A program made the translations under genes and the position numbers. Below, piece after piece: positions 1 through 13,234 of a stretch of 64,000 nt of DNA. Position 1 is the stretch's first letter, and each line of letters begins with the position of its first letter. The notes beneath the pieces are model-generated. The model was not told the origin of the DNA and searched no databases. It saw nothing but the letters and a program-made list of their open reading frames with translations. Where the stretch lies: assembly GCA_043228905.1 (NCBI GenBank), contig JBHGNT010000010.1, positions 19,902,001 to 19,966,000 on the forward strand. Direction: 5' to 3'. The DNA comes from Azolla caroliniana. Its lineage: Eukaryota > Plantae > Polypodiophyta.

Positions 1-40
<40 letters not shown>
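1..40. repeat. (AG)n microsatellite, truncated by the window edge
   Basis: Perfect AG dinucleotide run 1-40. Confidence 0.97.
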
Positions 41-45
<5 letters not shown>

Positions 46-609
46 GAAATCGAAAGAGTGAGCAAGAGGAACAATGAACTACTCTCACAAATATAGAGAC
101 CTACGAGGGGTTGTTCGTGCTATCGAAGAACCACGATTGAACAACACTTGTCCTGTCTACTTGTTTCAGGTTTCTTCGTTTTATGTTTTTCTAGTTTCTG
201 TTTTCTTTGGTTTTCTATCCACCCAATTGGGTGAGGATTTATAATCTGGGTCATTGTTGTATCCACCCAGTCGAGTGAAGATTGTAGCCAAGGCTGTTGT
301 CTTGAGGCTAGGACATTTTTCTAGTCAAAACCTAGAGAGTCCGTACTCATTTGTACCCACTATTGTCTAGCTGAGGTTGTTGCCTTGAAGTAGATACATT
401 CCTCTAGTGAGGCCGTATTTCATTGTAATCCAAATTATAGTGAAGTTGTTTGGAACCTACGGTTCCTGTGGTTTTTCCCTATTTTGGGTTTTCCACGTTA
501 AAAATCTTGGTGTACTCTCATTTTCGTCTTGTCGTTTCATCTATTGTTTATCAAGTGTTAATTGTGTTTGAAATTTTAATTACCCCGATTCTGCTCCATA
601 TTCCCAACA
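41..609 (+). mobile_element. Probable 3' part of a Ty1/copia-type LTR (solo or 3' LTR)
   Basis: Contains the GGTTTTTCCC...GGGTTTTCCACGTTAAAAATCTTGGTGT block that I recognise from plant copia LTRs and ends ...TTCCCAACA at 609. No PBS follows. The partner LTR and TSD are not visible. Confidence 0.45.
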
Positions 610-1708
610 CAAAGCGCCTATGAAAGCCATGTGTAAAAATATTACCATTTTTAGCTTTAATGAGCTCATCCATTTTGACGAAACAGAAAAATTTGTTCCC
701 TCTCTATATATCTCCCATGTTGCCACATGCTTTCAACAAATCAGAAAATAAGTCTCAAAGGTCTTTCTTCTTGGCCCAAGCCTTGAGATTGCACAGAATC
801 TCAGTTATTTCTTTCTTTTCAATTGCTCATAGACTGGCATGGACATACATATCTCCCAAGTCAGTACCAAGAACAGTTACATAGCCACATGCCTCATATT
901 GGTGGAGGAAATACCTAGAGAGGTGGTTGATACCTCAAATGTATACAACAATTAGGTCCTATTTGAGTTTTGAATTTGCTTGTTGACTTTTTGCATGACC
1001 TTCTTCACTTCAAGTATCCTCTTTCTCAACACACCATACTCCCACTCTACATATGGGTCCAAGCTAGAAGAGTTCTAGGATCGGGCACGCCATAGTAAAG
1101 TTCTTGAACATCGAGAGTCGTTAGTCACTTTCACATTGATTGCATGAAAACACTATATTTTGGTCTACTCGATCATATTTGACATGTGAAGATGATAATA
1201 AAATCGATCCTCTATCTCACAAACACACAATCTAACAACTTGGATTGTGTAGAGCTACATTATATAGTTCTTTCTTTACCATAGGGAGGTGTAGCCACCC
1301 TATGTAGTATGGCTAATCAATAAGTTTTTTCCAGAAAATCCTACCTATTGTATAGGAATGCTTGAGTTCACTACTCGTCTAATCATGGATCATTCTAGGG
1401 TTTCCTAGGATTCTAAGTTATGCCCATGTTGTGACTATTTTCAAAGGATTCTTATTTTTGAAACCGTGGAGCACAATAGTTCTCCAAAGAGAAGAGATAT
1501 TTTGTTTGATTCATGTTTGGGTTCTTTCATGGAGTGACTAAGAAGCATCCTCAATTACTTGATTTCAAGCAATTCAAGGACTTGTTTGTAGAGTGGAGAA
1601 CATTATTGTCATTAAAATATTATAACTGAGTCTGGATAGTGAGGTCTTATGGTCGACATTTGTCTCCAATCAATATGTGTGATTTGAAAGTGACCAAACA
1701 CATCACAT

Positions 1709-2591
1709 GAAAAGATAAAGTTTTTTTGGTGGCAAATCAGGCATAATGTGGTTCCAGTTGGCGAATGGTTAGGTAAACGTGGCGGCCCGTTAGGCTGCCC
1801 ACTTTGCCATTCACCTATTGAGACTCTGAGGCATTGTCTATGGGATTGCCCTCATGCTCAAAAGGTATGGGATAGAGTGACTCACCTCCTTGCGGCATGT
1901 GAAGTGGAAGGAACAGCATCGTGGAGTGTTGCGGCATGGCTTGATCATTCTGATGATAGGTGGACGGACGCCTTCAATGCGGATAGTTGGTGCTACGTAT
2001 GCAAGCGAGGAAAAGTCTCCAAGATTCGATTTGAGAGAGGCTTGCAGTCTGCATCCCCTCGGTTCCCGAACATTTGGATGCTGATCGCAGGCTTCACCCT
2101 GTGGTACGTATGGAAAGCGCGTTGCCTAAAGGTCTTCCAAGATCTGGTGCGACCCCCGGAGAAAGTGATCATGGACATATGGTTTGCGCTTATTAGCTGC
2201 CTACGAGGGCAATTGGACGAGGTTTGCAGCCATTCCTCTGACGTGGATATTGCCCGTTTGCGCTTTTGACAGAAATGGCGGAACACGCCTATGGTGACAC
2301 CAGGAGGAAGTGGCCCGAGGTGGAACTACCAGCCCCCACGCTAGTTATTTCCGGCTCACATACCACCCTCCCTCTGTTGTCGACCCCAAGAGTTGTCTCG
2401 TACTAGCCATCACTACAGGGCACTGTTTTAGCTGTAGGTACTTACACTAAGTAGTCCGTCCAAAAGGCGATGTAACTAGTCTCAATTTCTAGGACTTGAT
2501 CGGAGGGGGATTCCCCGATCTATGCTTAAGCCTCCTTGTACAGTCTCTTTGTAATAATCTTACCTAACTAATGGGAAAGTAGCTTCATTTT

Positions 2592-2593
<2 letters not shown>
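1709..2593 (+). mobile_element. 5'-truncated L1-clade LINE, copy 1 (ORF2 C-terminus with zf-RVT, plus 3' UTR)
   Basis: Frame reads EKIKFFWWQI...CPLCHSPIETLRHCLWDCPHAQKVW (CX2CX8HX4C, zf-RVT) and ...LWYVWKARC...F. The TGA at 2267-2269 is TGG in copies 2 and 3. The 3' end AGCTTCATTTTGG is shared with the copies near 8061 and 52858. Confidence 0.88.

Positions 2594-2663
<70 letters not shown>
2594..2663. repeat. (AT)n microsatellite at the LINE 3' end
   Basis: Perfect AT run of ~70 bp starting immediately after the LINE terminus. Confidence 0.97.
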
Positions 2664-2665
<2 letters not shown>

Positions 2666-3672
2666 TAATGTAAAATAATAAGTCATTATAAAAAATTGTC
2701 AAAAAAACCCTCGTAAGTGCTTTACAAAGTTTTAGTAGGATCAAAATGTTTGTAATGATTTATCCAGTGTCCACTATTAATGACTTAGATTTCTTCATTT
2801 TGGTCATCTAATAATGGTTGCCATTATCCGCATTAAATATTTTAAAAATCATTCTCATAACAAGTATTGTTGGTCGTAATTAGAAGTGATTAAGAATTGA
2901 TATTTAAGATGTGCTTGCAACTTCCATAATCTCTTACTCAATACATCATCTAATATAACTTTATATATCATAAAGCAAGATTAGATCCCACCCCTTTTTC
3001 TCGTAGTTCAAGTGTCACCTCTTTATCATGGTTCACATGTCACATTTAATTATTGGAATACCTAGCACAACCATTTTTTTTATAGGATTCACTCTCAATA
3101 ACGCCTTTTAGTTTTGGAAATTTTAAAAAGTAGTTGATTAAGCTCATGCACCTACATGTGTATGTTAATACGAACATGCATATCATATTTACAAGAATAG
3201 TGTCATCAATATGTCCCTCGATCAATATATCAACATATAACAATAGATTGGCATATGATAAGACATATAAAACACTCTTCTTATTAAAATTTAGGAAATG
3301 CCATCGTACGTTAAGAGAACTATCCATGCAAGAAAACCTACAAATAGTTGTAATTCTAATTATAAAGGGCAAAGCATTGATGCAAATATTTGTGATCATA
3401 GTCTTTTTATGCAAAGCATCGACACATTGGTAACCTTTTACTCACTTAAAATATATTAGGAAAAGAGAGTACACTACTACAACCATCATTTAAAACTATC
3501 CATTTAAAAATGTTACAAATGTGTTGAAGTAAGCAATACGCGAAACTATTAAAGAGAATGAAATCATGTATACGCAAATTTCATGTAAAACCATCACTAA
3601 AAACCATTTATGGGTGACAAACGATTTAGTTATAACTAGTAAGAGAACCCCATGTCCATACTTCATTAAGAA

Positions 3673-4185
3673 TAACAATCGGCAACGGTTCGGTTCGGTT
3701 TGAACCGAACCGAACCGCAAAACCGCGGTTTAATGGCTTAACAGTTTCAATGGTTCGGTTCGGTTTGGTTCCAGTCTGGTTTCAACAGTAAAAAACCGCG
3801 GTTTAAACGATTTAACAGTTTCTATTTTTAAAATTTTGAAATTATTTTTTAAAAAAATTCTAAAGAATTTTAAAAATTATTTTTTAACAATCTTTTCATC
3901 TTTACACCTTATTCTCACATTTTAGGAACATCTTAAAAATTTTAAAAATTCTAAATAATGAAATATTATAAAATTAAAAAAATTAAAAATTTGACCTATG
4001 TTGAAAACCGAAACCGAACCACGAAACTGTGGTTTTTACGGTTTAATGGTTTAACAGTTTGAAAAATATTTAACGGTTCGGTTTAACAGTTTCGCAATTT
4101 GGTTCGGTTTGGTTCAAGTTTCAAACAATTTAAAACGGTTCGGTTTGGACCCTCTCAAACCGAACCGAACCGTTGTTGATTGTTA
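3673..4185. mobile_element. Non-autonomous hAT DNA transposon (MITE), 513 bp
   Basis: TIRs TAACAATCGGCAACGGTTCGGTTCGGTTTGA / TCAAACCGAACCGAACCGTTGTTGATTGTTA (2 mismatches). Perfect 8-bp TSD ATTAAGAA at 3665-3672 and 4186-4193. Subterminal CGGTT/AACCG arrays and an AT-rich core. Confidence 0.92.
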
Positions 4186-7100
4186 ATTAAGAAGGTAGTG
4201 TTGTGAGAATTCTACTTTTAATATATCTCTCACTATATGGCATGTCAAATTTTTTAGCCCTAAATATCATGTTTGGACATAAAGCTAAATGACATGAAAA
4301 AACCTACTTGCACTATTTGCAGGTTTATCTTGATAACACATGCAATTACTAGTCATTGTGCATGTGACATGCACGTAGAACCATATCCCTCAGAAGTAAA
4401 CAAATATCTGCAACTTAATTCATATTGTTTCCATAAAGGTATAGAAACATTTCTACTTTTTGCATCGCGTTCCTAGGTTATTATTCATTGGAACATGCAA
4501 ATTATTGAAGATGGTAAAAGGTGACATTTTTCAGTATTCTAGAAGACCTAATGTCACTTTCGTGGTAACAATAATTGCGTAAATGTTTTGATGGCCCTAT
4601 TGCAATTACAATAAAGCTTATATACGTGGCAGGCAATACTGTCATTTTCAACCTTTGGATTATGGGAAAGGATTGTGTATATGAAGCTGATTGAGAGAAA
4701 ATTGTAGTTTCATTATCTCAAAGTGTTTTGCAATGATATACGACATCACTAAACATAAATGTCTTTTTTAAAGTGATCCTAACATTAAACCTAACAAAAC
4801 CCATGACTACTAGACACACACGATCAAAATTCCAAATGCACGTATAACGTCAATGCTTCACATTTTGTGCTTTATCACATAATACAATGTTAATCTCAAT
4901 GCAATATATTATATTTTCCAATTTCAAATACGTTAAGCGATATAATCCAATGTTGGGTGCGTTAGAAAGCATTCATAAATGAGGTACTATGAGTTTGCCT
5001 AATAGTTGCATATACACACTAGAGCTGAAGTATTCATTTGTCTTAGCCTTTAGGATTACCATGCCTCGTAGGAGTATGGATGAATCCAATGTTCTAAGAA
5101 CTATCAAACAATCCTTAGTTTGAACTATATGGGCAAGGAGAGTTTGTAATCGACTTTTGTAGATGAACAATCAATGTCATGGATATATTCTATCTCTACA
5201 TTGGCTTCATACCCCAATTCAAATATTCTGTATGATCATGGAATTAGTTTTATCCATTGAGCTTTTTTGTTTTTGAAAGATTCACCTTAGTATATCCCTT
5301 GAAAACTGTACATGGAGAAAACACATAAGGAGACATATCATCTCACTTCTATCGTGATACAAAGGCTAGTATAAGCATATGATCCAGCAAATGTTGTCAT
5401 ATATGAAACAAGTAGAACAATAAAGATTAGTTATGCAACATAAAAGAAGGTATGGCATAATTCCACTTCAGACTGGAAGTTGTATCCGAAAATAAGTGAA
5501 GTCCTTGCCATCAGCTCTTAAAGTTTCATCCATAGAGTTAGGAAGATATTCAAGGAATTTGTCAAATATGAACACTATGACAAGCAAGTATAGTGAAGAA
5601 AGTTAGAGTAAAAGTGGATGTAGTTATCGCTCATACTCACCAAAATTTGGAAGCCAATACTTATAAAAGTCGATACATTTGTCTACCCACCCATACAAAA
5701 GATCCAATACAACTAGCTCTCTCTAAACAATCGTTTTTTGAAGGTTGAATGTAGCGAGAGTGGCAGTACCAAGTACCACTTGATGCCATGGCGGTGGTAT
5801 GGAACGCCGATCAAGGCTCATGTCCATCTCGATTCCTTCATTCGAGGGTGGTGAGGTGGATCGGCACCCTTCTTTACTATCTATCATTTATTTCCTTATT
5901 TCATACATACATTAGAAATAATTTATAACCTGAAGACCTCTTTGTTGTGCACCAGTAACAAGTTATGCATGTTCTACTCCTAGAGGTCCCAACAACTTCA
6001 AGTGGTGTTTTAAATACTTTCTATACTAATTGAATGATTCTTGTACATAAGCCTAAGGATGCTTTACACTTTACTTGATGATCTAGTGATCTAGATTGAT
6101 CCTAAGCTCTTTCACATCAAAAGTCACTTTGAGATCTTGTATCCTTGAACCTTTTCCATGCTTAAACCGCCAACTTGATCCTTAACCCTTTTACATCATC
6201 ATAAGGTGCTCCAAGATATCAAACCAGCCCCATCATGTTTCTAGCTAGGGAACCTTTTTCTTTCCATGACTAATTTGCAGGACTGTGTAATCGTGATACA
6301 TCAATGATGCGCATGCTAAACCATTTTATGAGATATCCTTGCAAAGTCCATGATATACATAAGACAATGTTTGTCCATTTCATCTCCAACCATGTATTGT
6401 CCTAATAATTCCATTTTAAAAATAATTAGCCAAAACATTATGTGGTATCTTTGGGTGATATAAAAAATAAGCCAAATTTCAATAATAGTTTTATTGGTTA
6501 ACCAAGTGAGTGGAAAGGATGAAAACATGGTGGTATTTGGTGGGCACATCTCATTAGGAGCATATTGGTCAACCAAGTTAGTGGATTTGGATATAAGCAT
6601 TCATTGGTTAAACAAGAAAAGAGTGCGTTCCCACAATGGAAGGCAAGGTTCAAAGTCATTTCCATTGTTATGAGATGAAAAATGAAAAATAAAGCCATCA
6701 AGCTTCTTCTTCTTTTCAATTACTACAGAAAAACACAAGAGCTAAAATCAATTCATTACGAAACGCAATTAGGGAAATCACATATTTAAGTTAATTAATA
6801 AATAATCATTTAATATATACGATAATGCTAATTACAATAAGATCTCATTACATGAGAGAGCATATGTTATTGATGTGACTATCATTGTATTTACCATGTA
6901 TTTTGAAGTAATTTTCGTTGTGATTTCGTGGACAAACTTGTCACAGAACATGGATGAACGTGTCAGCCACACTAAACTTGGGGTTTTTAACACTAATGTC
7001 ACACACAAAATTATTTGTTTGATTGTTTACCTATGGCCATTGACATACATATAAATTAATGATAAAGATATCACTTTAAAGGCTTAAAAAGTATGTCGAT

Positions 7101-8049
7101 TGTCTGTGTGCTCATCAATGAGAAAAAAGCAGAGGTAACCATTTCAAGTCTGTGTTATCTAAAAAGGGGCCTTCTTTTGACAAATGTTCAAATAAAAATA
7201 GCTCTAGTTCTTATCGTGACAAAAGTTTAGAGACAAGACTTTTTTCTTTTTGAGGTCTTCCTTTCTGTATATAGTAATTAAAGTGAGCGGCTTAAACTAG
7301 TTTAATTAAAGCGGTTGTCGGTAGAAAAACTTGCACGACCAAGTTAAGACTTTACGTGAATTAGGTTAGAATTACCGATAATATAATATCTTGCACATAC
7401 AACACTTACTTATAATAGAGCATCTTGAATATATGTGTATGTGTAAGATATGTGTATTATAAGTGTAACATCATCTTTATAAAGCTAACCTCTTGTACCC
7501 AAAAGCGGTCATCTTGTCATTGTTTTGTTTTTATATTTGAGACATGTTTCTCCAAACATGACGACATTGTGCACAATAATGCATTGTATACACCTTGTTT
7601 TAATTACATTTTTATGTGGGTTTGTATCGAGTAGGAGTTTCGTCCGTGGCTTTACGAAGGACATGTGCATCGGATCATGTGTGGCGCTTCAACATGTAGT
7701 GGTCATGACAAATTGTTCAGAAAGCAAAGGTCTCAATGCATTGCCCTTCCTGAGCTTTTTAAATATGTGAACTTTTGCCCCCAGCTTTTTAAGTAGAAAG
7801 AAAGATGTTTTTAAAACATGTACATATGTGAGATAGCAATCCTAAGTCGTTGTGCCAAATCCCACAATTCGATGAATTTGATTAATTGAAGTTTGCATAC
7901 TTTCACATATATAGTAATTGCTTCAAAGTCTATGACCTACTCCTAGGGTCTATTTTGTATAATTTGAAACTAGAGACTTTTTTGGCATGGCCTTGGCAAC
8001 CCTTGGAATGTGGAAAGTGATTTGTAAAGCCATGTTTTTCGCAAATTTG

Positions 8050-8504
8050 TTTTTTTTTTTCCCAAAATGAAGCTACTTTCCCATTAGTAAGGAAGGATTA
8101 TTACAAGGAGGCTTAAACATAGATCGGGGAATCTCCCTCCGATCAAGTTCAAGATAATGAGACTAGTTACAACGCCTTTCGATTGACTACTTAATGTAAG
8201 TACCTATAGCTAAAAACGATGTCCTTCAGTGATGGCTAGTGCGAGACAACTCCTGGGGTTGACAACGAAGGGAGGGTGGTAAGTGAGACGGAAACAACCA
8301 GCGTGGGGGCTGATAGTTCCACCTCGGGCCACTTCCTCCTTGTGTCTCCATAGGCGTGTTCCACCATTTCTGCCAAAAGCGCAAACGGGCAGTAACCACG
8401 TCGGTGGAATGGCTGCAAACCTCATCCAATTGCCCTCATAGGCAGCTGATAAGCGCAAACCATATGTCCATGATCACTTTCCTCTGGGGGGCGCGTTGCC
8501 TAAA
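8050..8504 (-). mobile_element. 5'-truncated L1-clade LINE, copy 2, with poly(A) tail and short 5' inversion
   Basis: Reverse-complement match to ~2153-2593. Poly(T) at 8050-8060 is the poly(A) tail. 8491-8504 is identical to 2117-2130 in the opposite relative orientation. Confidence 0.9.
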
Positions 8505-11500
8505 TTAGTTTGTTACCAAGATCTAAAAGTAGAGTTGTGACACATTTCTATAATGAAACCAACATCAAACACAAATGCATCTAATTCTTCGCATTTCTCC
8601 CATTCTCGATCCTTCTTACTAGTATTTTTATTTGCACTATATCAAATTGCCCAAATGCTCGTCAATTAATCCCTACAAAGAGAAGTTGCATAGATTGTCT
8701 AAAAGTACAAACGTTCCAATGATATCGAGGGTTATTCTTTACAAGAGAAGCAATAGTTGGGATATTACATGGCCTTAAAAAAGAAGGCGGAGATTGGAAT
8801 CATCATTGAAAAATTTTAAGACGTCCATTGTGTTATTGAACATGTCGTCGGTAATGAATGCAAAATAATACCTTGGATGTATAATTTGCTAAAATTTATA
8901 ATGATGCTAGGTAGGTCTTGATCAGAAGAGTTGTTTCTTTCTTTTACAATATTGGTATGAAAGGATACATGGACTACAAAGCATGATTGTATGGGGGATA
9001 TCTGTTATGTGCTTAACTCCTTAAGAATGAATACCATCATACCATGTAGATTTTGGCATGAAGATTGAATTCGTAGAAAGGTCTAAGGAATTAATCCTTA
9101 TGTGGACAATGGAACTAAAAAATGTAGACGTGATGAAATACAATATGAGTCTTGCATAGTTGAAAGAGTGCCTTGTACACATGTTGTCACTAACTTAATC
9201 TCAAGGTTTGTGATGAGATTTCACATTTGATGTCAACTTGGCTCCATGGTTGGTTTAAGCACAATATGTGATCAACCGAGTAATCTAGTAGTTTTCCACA
9301 ACAACTTGTTTTCCTTAGTTTGAGTTTTCTTTTTGTTTTCTTCACACCATTGGGTCTTTGATTGATTTCGTTTTGATACAAATTGTTTCCACCCTCTTTT
9401 GTGATGAGTGTTGTTGTGCGTGAAAGGAAGGCTTTATTTAATTGAAAACGATCTTGACACTACTTGCCAAAGTTTGTCTTCCTTCATTGCTTCTTCTTTG
9501 TATGTTTCCTTCTTGGTTGCTTATGTTATATTGCATCATGTGTTTTCTACTTCCCCTGTGTGTAACTTGTTCCATTACGTAAGTTAATCATGCACATAAC
9601 TCGAATATAAGAAAATCATAAAATGAGTGTTGCACTTGGGTAGCTTCATAATTTCCATTGTAAAAATACTCTCAAATAGAAATATACTACTTGATAAGGT
9701 TGGGTTAACATTACGCTACATATGCCCGAGATTGTATGTGCTAGGTGACTAGCACTTTAAATATAATCTCAAATTCTAGGTCTATGTTCCCCTAGACACT
9801 AAACAAACAAACTGCCTAGCCGCTAATGGTTTTTTTTTGCTTTTATGTCATCCTCCTAACCACCCTAACAATAATATGCATTGTCACGAGAATCACGGAA
9901 GCCATGTTAAGGCTAGCTCCCTTTAGAAGGAAGAAAATGTTAAGTTTGATAAAAAGAAATTAGTTGAGCTCGTTGAGAGGAAATAAAGAAAGTCGTAAGA
10001 TCATTATAGTGTGTGGTTTCATATCTTACATCCATTATTATTTCCTCATCTAGCACTCTCGTAATTTGGGACATGTTTGCTTTATCCCTTTGTCTTTAGA
10101 TGTCCGCACATGGTAGGACAATCAAGTGGCACCACCTTGATTGGTTTTTGAAACAACTGACAAGGCTTGAGTGGTTATGGCGGGACGATAATCAAAATAA
10201 TTCTACAAATTTTAGAAAGTATTCATTGGATTGTTGTTCTTAAAGACTCATTATCCAACTTGGAGACCAATATGGATCATGCTTTTGTCTCGCGAATGTT
10301 TAAAGACTATAAAGAATGTGGTCCAATATCTTGAAATATATTATCTTTTGGGGTGTGCAAGATGAATGCATGGCTCTCGATGTATCACATGCCACTCTAT
10401 CAACAACCTATTTTTGGACCATACCGCGGTGCATTATTGGATGGAACGTAATATAGATTTCAGCTCATGGTTTGCCTTTGGCGGACTTCAACGACAAATT
10501 GACATGTATATGGAATGTCAACTTGAAAATTTTCCACATAACTTGCAATGATGTGTAGGATATGTGAAATAACAAGTCAATGGAGTCGTCAAGATATTCT
10601 TGTGTCACAAGGAACGTCTATTTGGGGATTTCTACTTCACCTAGTCTGGACTTATCCCTATACAACATTTTTCTGCATCAAATGACCTATACTATAGAGT
10701 TTTGGTTGTTGCTCGTCCAATCGATGAACTGTTTGGCATTTTACCCTTCAACTTTTGGTCGTATTGTTTTGACAGTTTGGTTTTGTGATCGATGGACACT
10801 CTTGATTGTTGGTAATGAGTACAATCCTGGGCAATCCAATCCATATCAATTATTTGGGTTTTCCCTCCGCCAATCCCTTTATGGTTATCATGCTTGCGAT
10901 GATATTGGTGAGAGCATTTATGTCGAGTTCTTTAATGTATGTAAATCACACATTTTTAAATATTCTTTGTGGGTTTAAAATCACTTTGGATTTTTTATTT
11001 TAAAAATTCCTTCTTAGTGCAAGACTGACAAAATAAAAATGCCCATCAATCCATTGGCAAAAACAAAATTTTGTTATCGTGGGCAAACACAATGTAACTC
11101 CCTTCATGGATTGGAAAGAAACTAAAACGCAAAGATTAATGAAGAAAAAAAACTAATTGAATTTATGTTTTGTCAAAATCAGAAATTTTATTTTATTTTT
11201 TATATGTGAGAAGAGAAGACGACCCTTTTGAATTATATGGTTTTTGTTTTTTATTTTTATTTTTGTGAGAGGGGAATGCGTTGGCCATTAAACACAAGAC
11301 ACCCCCCCACCACCCTTGATTCAATGAATATATTGAATATGCCAAAGAGTGGTATGCCTAGGAGAATGCATGTTGCACATGGAATGGAAGGTTATAAACA
11401 AGTTCATGGGTATTGTGTAGATGTATTGGAGTGTGCATGGTTGCACATGGAATGTAGTTAGGATATAGATGTTCATGGATATGTCATGACTCATGCGTAT

Positions 11501-11975
11501 GTCAAGGATGGGACACCGGATGGTATGATTATGAGAATCCATGGTATAAATGTTCATTGATACGCCCTATATGTGTAAATGATCTCTCTTGAATAAGTGT
11601 ATGATTAGGGGAAGATATGTGGTCACACAAGGTTAGTAAGGACATAGTACATACACAATTATGAGTATGTCAAGGGTACGTTATGGACGGACACGGATAT
11701 AGTATAACACGATTAAGTATACCAAACTCGAAAGTCCATTGACACTTTGTGCAAATCATTTTCATAAAGGGACATATGGATGCTACAATGTGCATAAATA
11801 TCATGAAAATGTTGCGTGTTACTAATTATGCTATCTAAGAAATAAGCAAACACTCAAAGCTACAAATATAGTTTTTATCATTACATCCATAGAAAATATG
11901 GTGTCCAAAAGATTGCACATGGATAAACTTATTATTCATCAATTACTCATGTGTCGGAAAATGTGATTCATTCAC

Positions 11976-12857
11976 AAATGCCGAAAAATCCCCAATATTA
12001 AATTGGCACAAGAGGAGATGTTCAAATAACCACGCAAATCTCTCAAAAAATCTAAGCTCTCTGATAATCATGCAAATCCCATTCATTTTGAACTTTGAAT
12101 CTACGGAGCTACGTTGTAGGTTGTGAAGTTAACATCATAATTCCCCTAGCTTTAATTTCTTGTGGACAAACTCACACATCAAGTTATGGGAGGACATTAA
12201 GCCACTAAGTGGATGTGCTTGAGTGCTTACGAAAAGTCTAATGTCGTCTTGTGTGTAAACGACCTTCAAAGTTTGAACTCTTAAATTGAGGTCATGGTGG
12301 GTATTGTCTTTGGACCCCTCCACCCTCTCTCTCTTTCCATTATAATTTATGCATATTTTATTTGTAACAAAACGATGAATGTATTTGAATATGAGCACAC
12401 ATTATTGACCTGAAATATATGTGCATTTACCTAGAGCTCCCAAAAGACCAACTACGATTTCTCAATGTCACATTGAGTTTTAAGTCCCCAGGTGTCCCAA
12501 TTACTACCATTCAGAATTCCATGATTGCTTCACAATTTCCACAAGAATTTAATTTCCCCAAATTTCTATGCAGCCGACTTCATTAGTCCCTCTATTTTTG
12601 GTCAAATAGATCTTCTTCATTAATGTATAATCGCTCCCAAATGCCGAAAAACCCCTCAACCTTATATTGGAATGAGGTGGCATGGACTAGAAGAAACGCC
12701 TCAAATAATTGTACAATATTTCGAAGCTTTTAGGCTTCTTTGGCTTTATCCCCATTCACTTTAACTTTGAGTTGGTATAGTGTTAGTTTTAGATTCAACT
12801 TACCAGTATAATTCCCTTGGCTTTAAATTCCTGCGGACAAACTCGCACACATCAAGT
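11976..12857. repeat. Diverged direct repeat pair (~210-220 bp; 11976-12184 and 12637-12857), probably old TE-derived
   Basis: Shared ordered blocks CAAATGCCGAAAAA...CCCATTCA..TT.AACTTTGA...ATAATTCCC.T.GCTTTAA.TTC.TG.GGACAAACTC..ACACATCAAGT. Confidence 0.6.
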
Positions 12858-13150
12858 GATGTAAACATTTGCATTGAAGAAATGGCAGCACCAAGATCGT
12901 AGATTTTGGTACAAGAATAACCTGACAAATACCCTGTCCAACATGTACCATAAGGATTTATTACATTGGGTAAATCACAATGCATGGTGGGGGAAACTTG
13001 AGGCGACCTTATCTTCGTAGATGAGAACCTTCGAGAACGGTTAAAACGTTGGGAAGTGTCTCCACATCGCCATTTTTAAATCATATTTTATTGTTTCAAA
13101 ATTACCTCAATAGTACCATATGTAGTTTAGATTTTTAGTACCACTCACTT

Positions 13151-13153
<3 letters not shown>

Positions 13154-13234
<81 letters not shown>
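13154..13234. repeat. Compound (TC)n(AC)n microsatellite
   Basis: TC run followed directly by an AC run. Confidence 0.95.
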
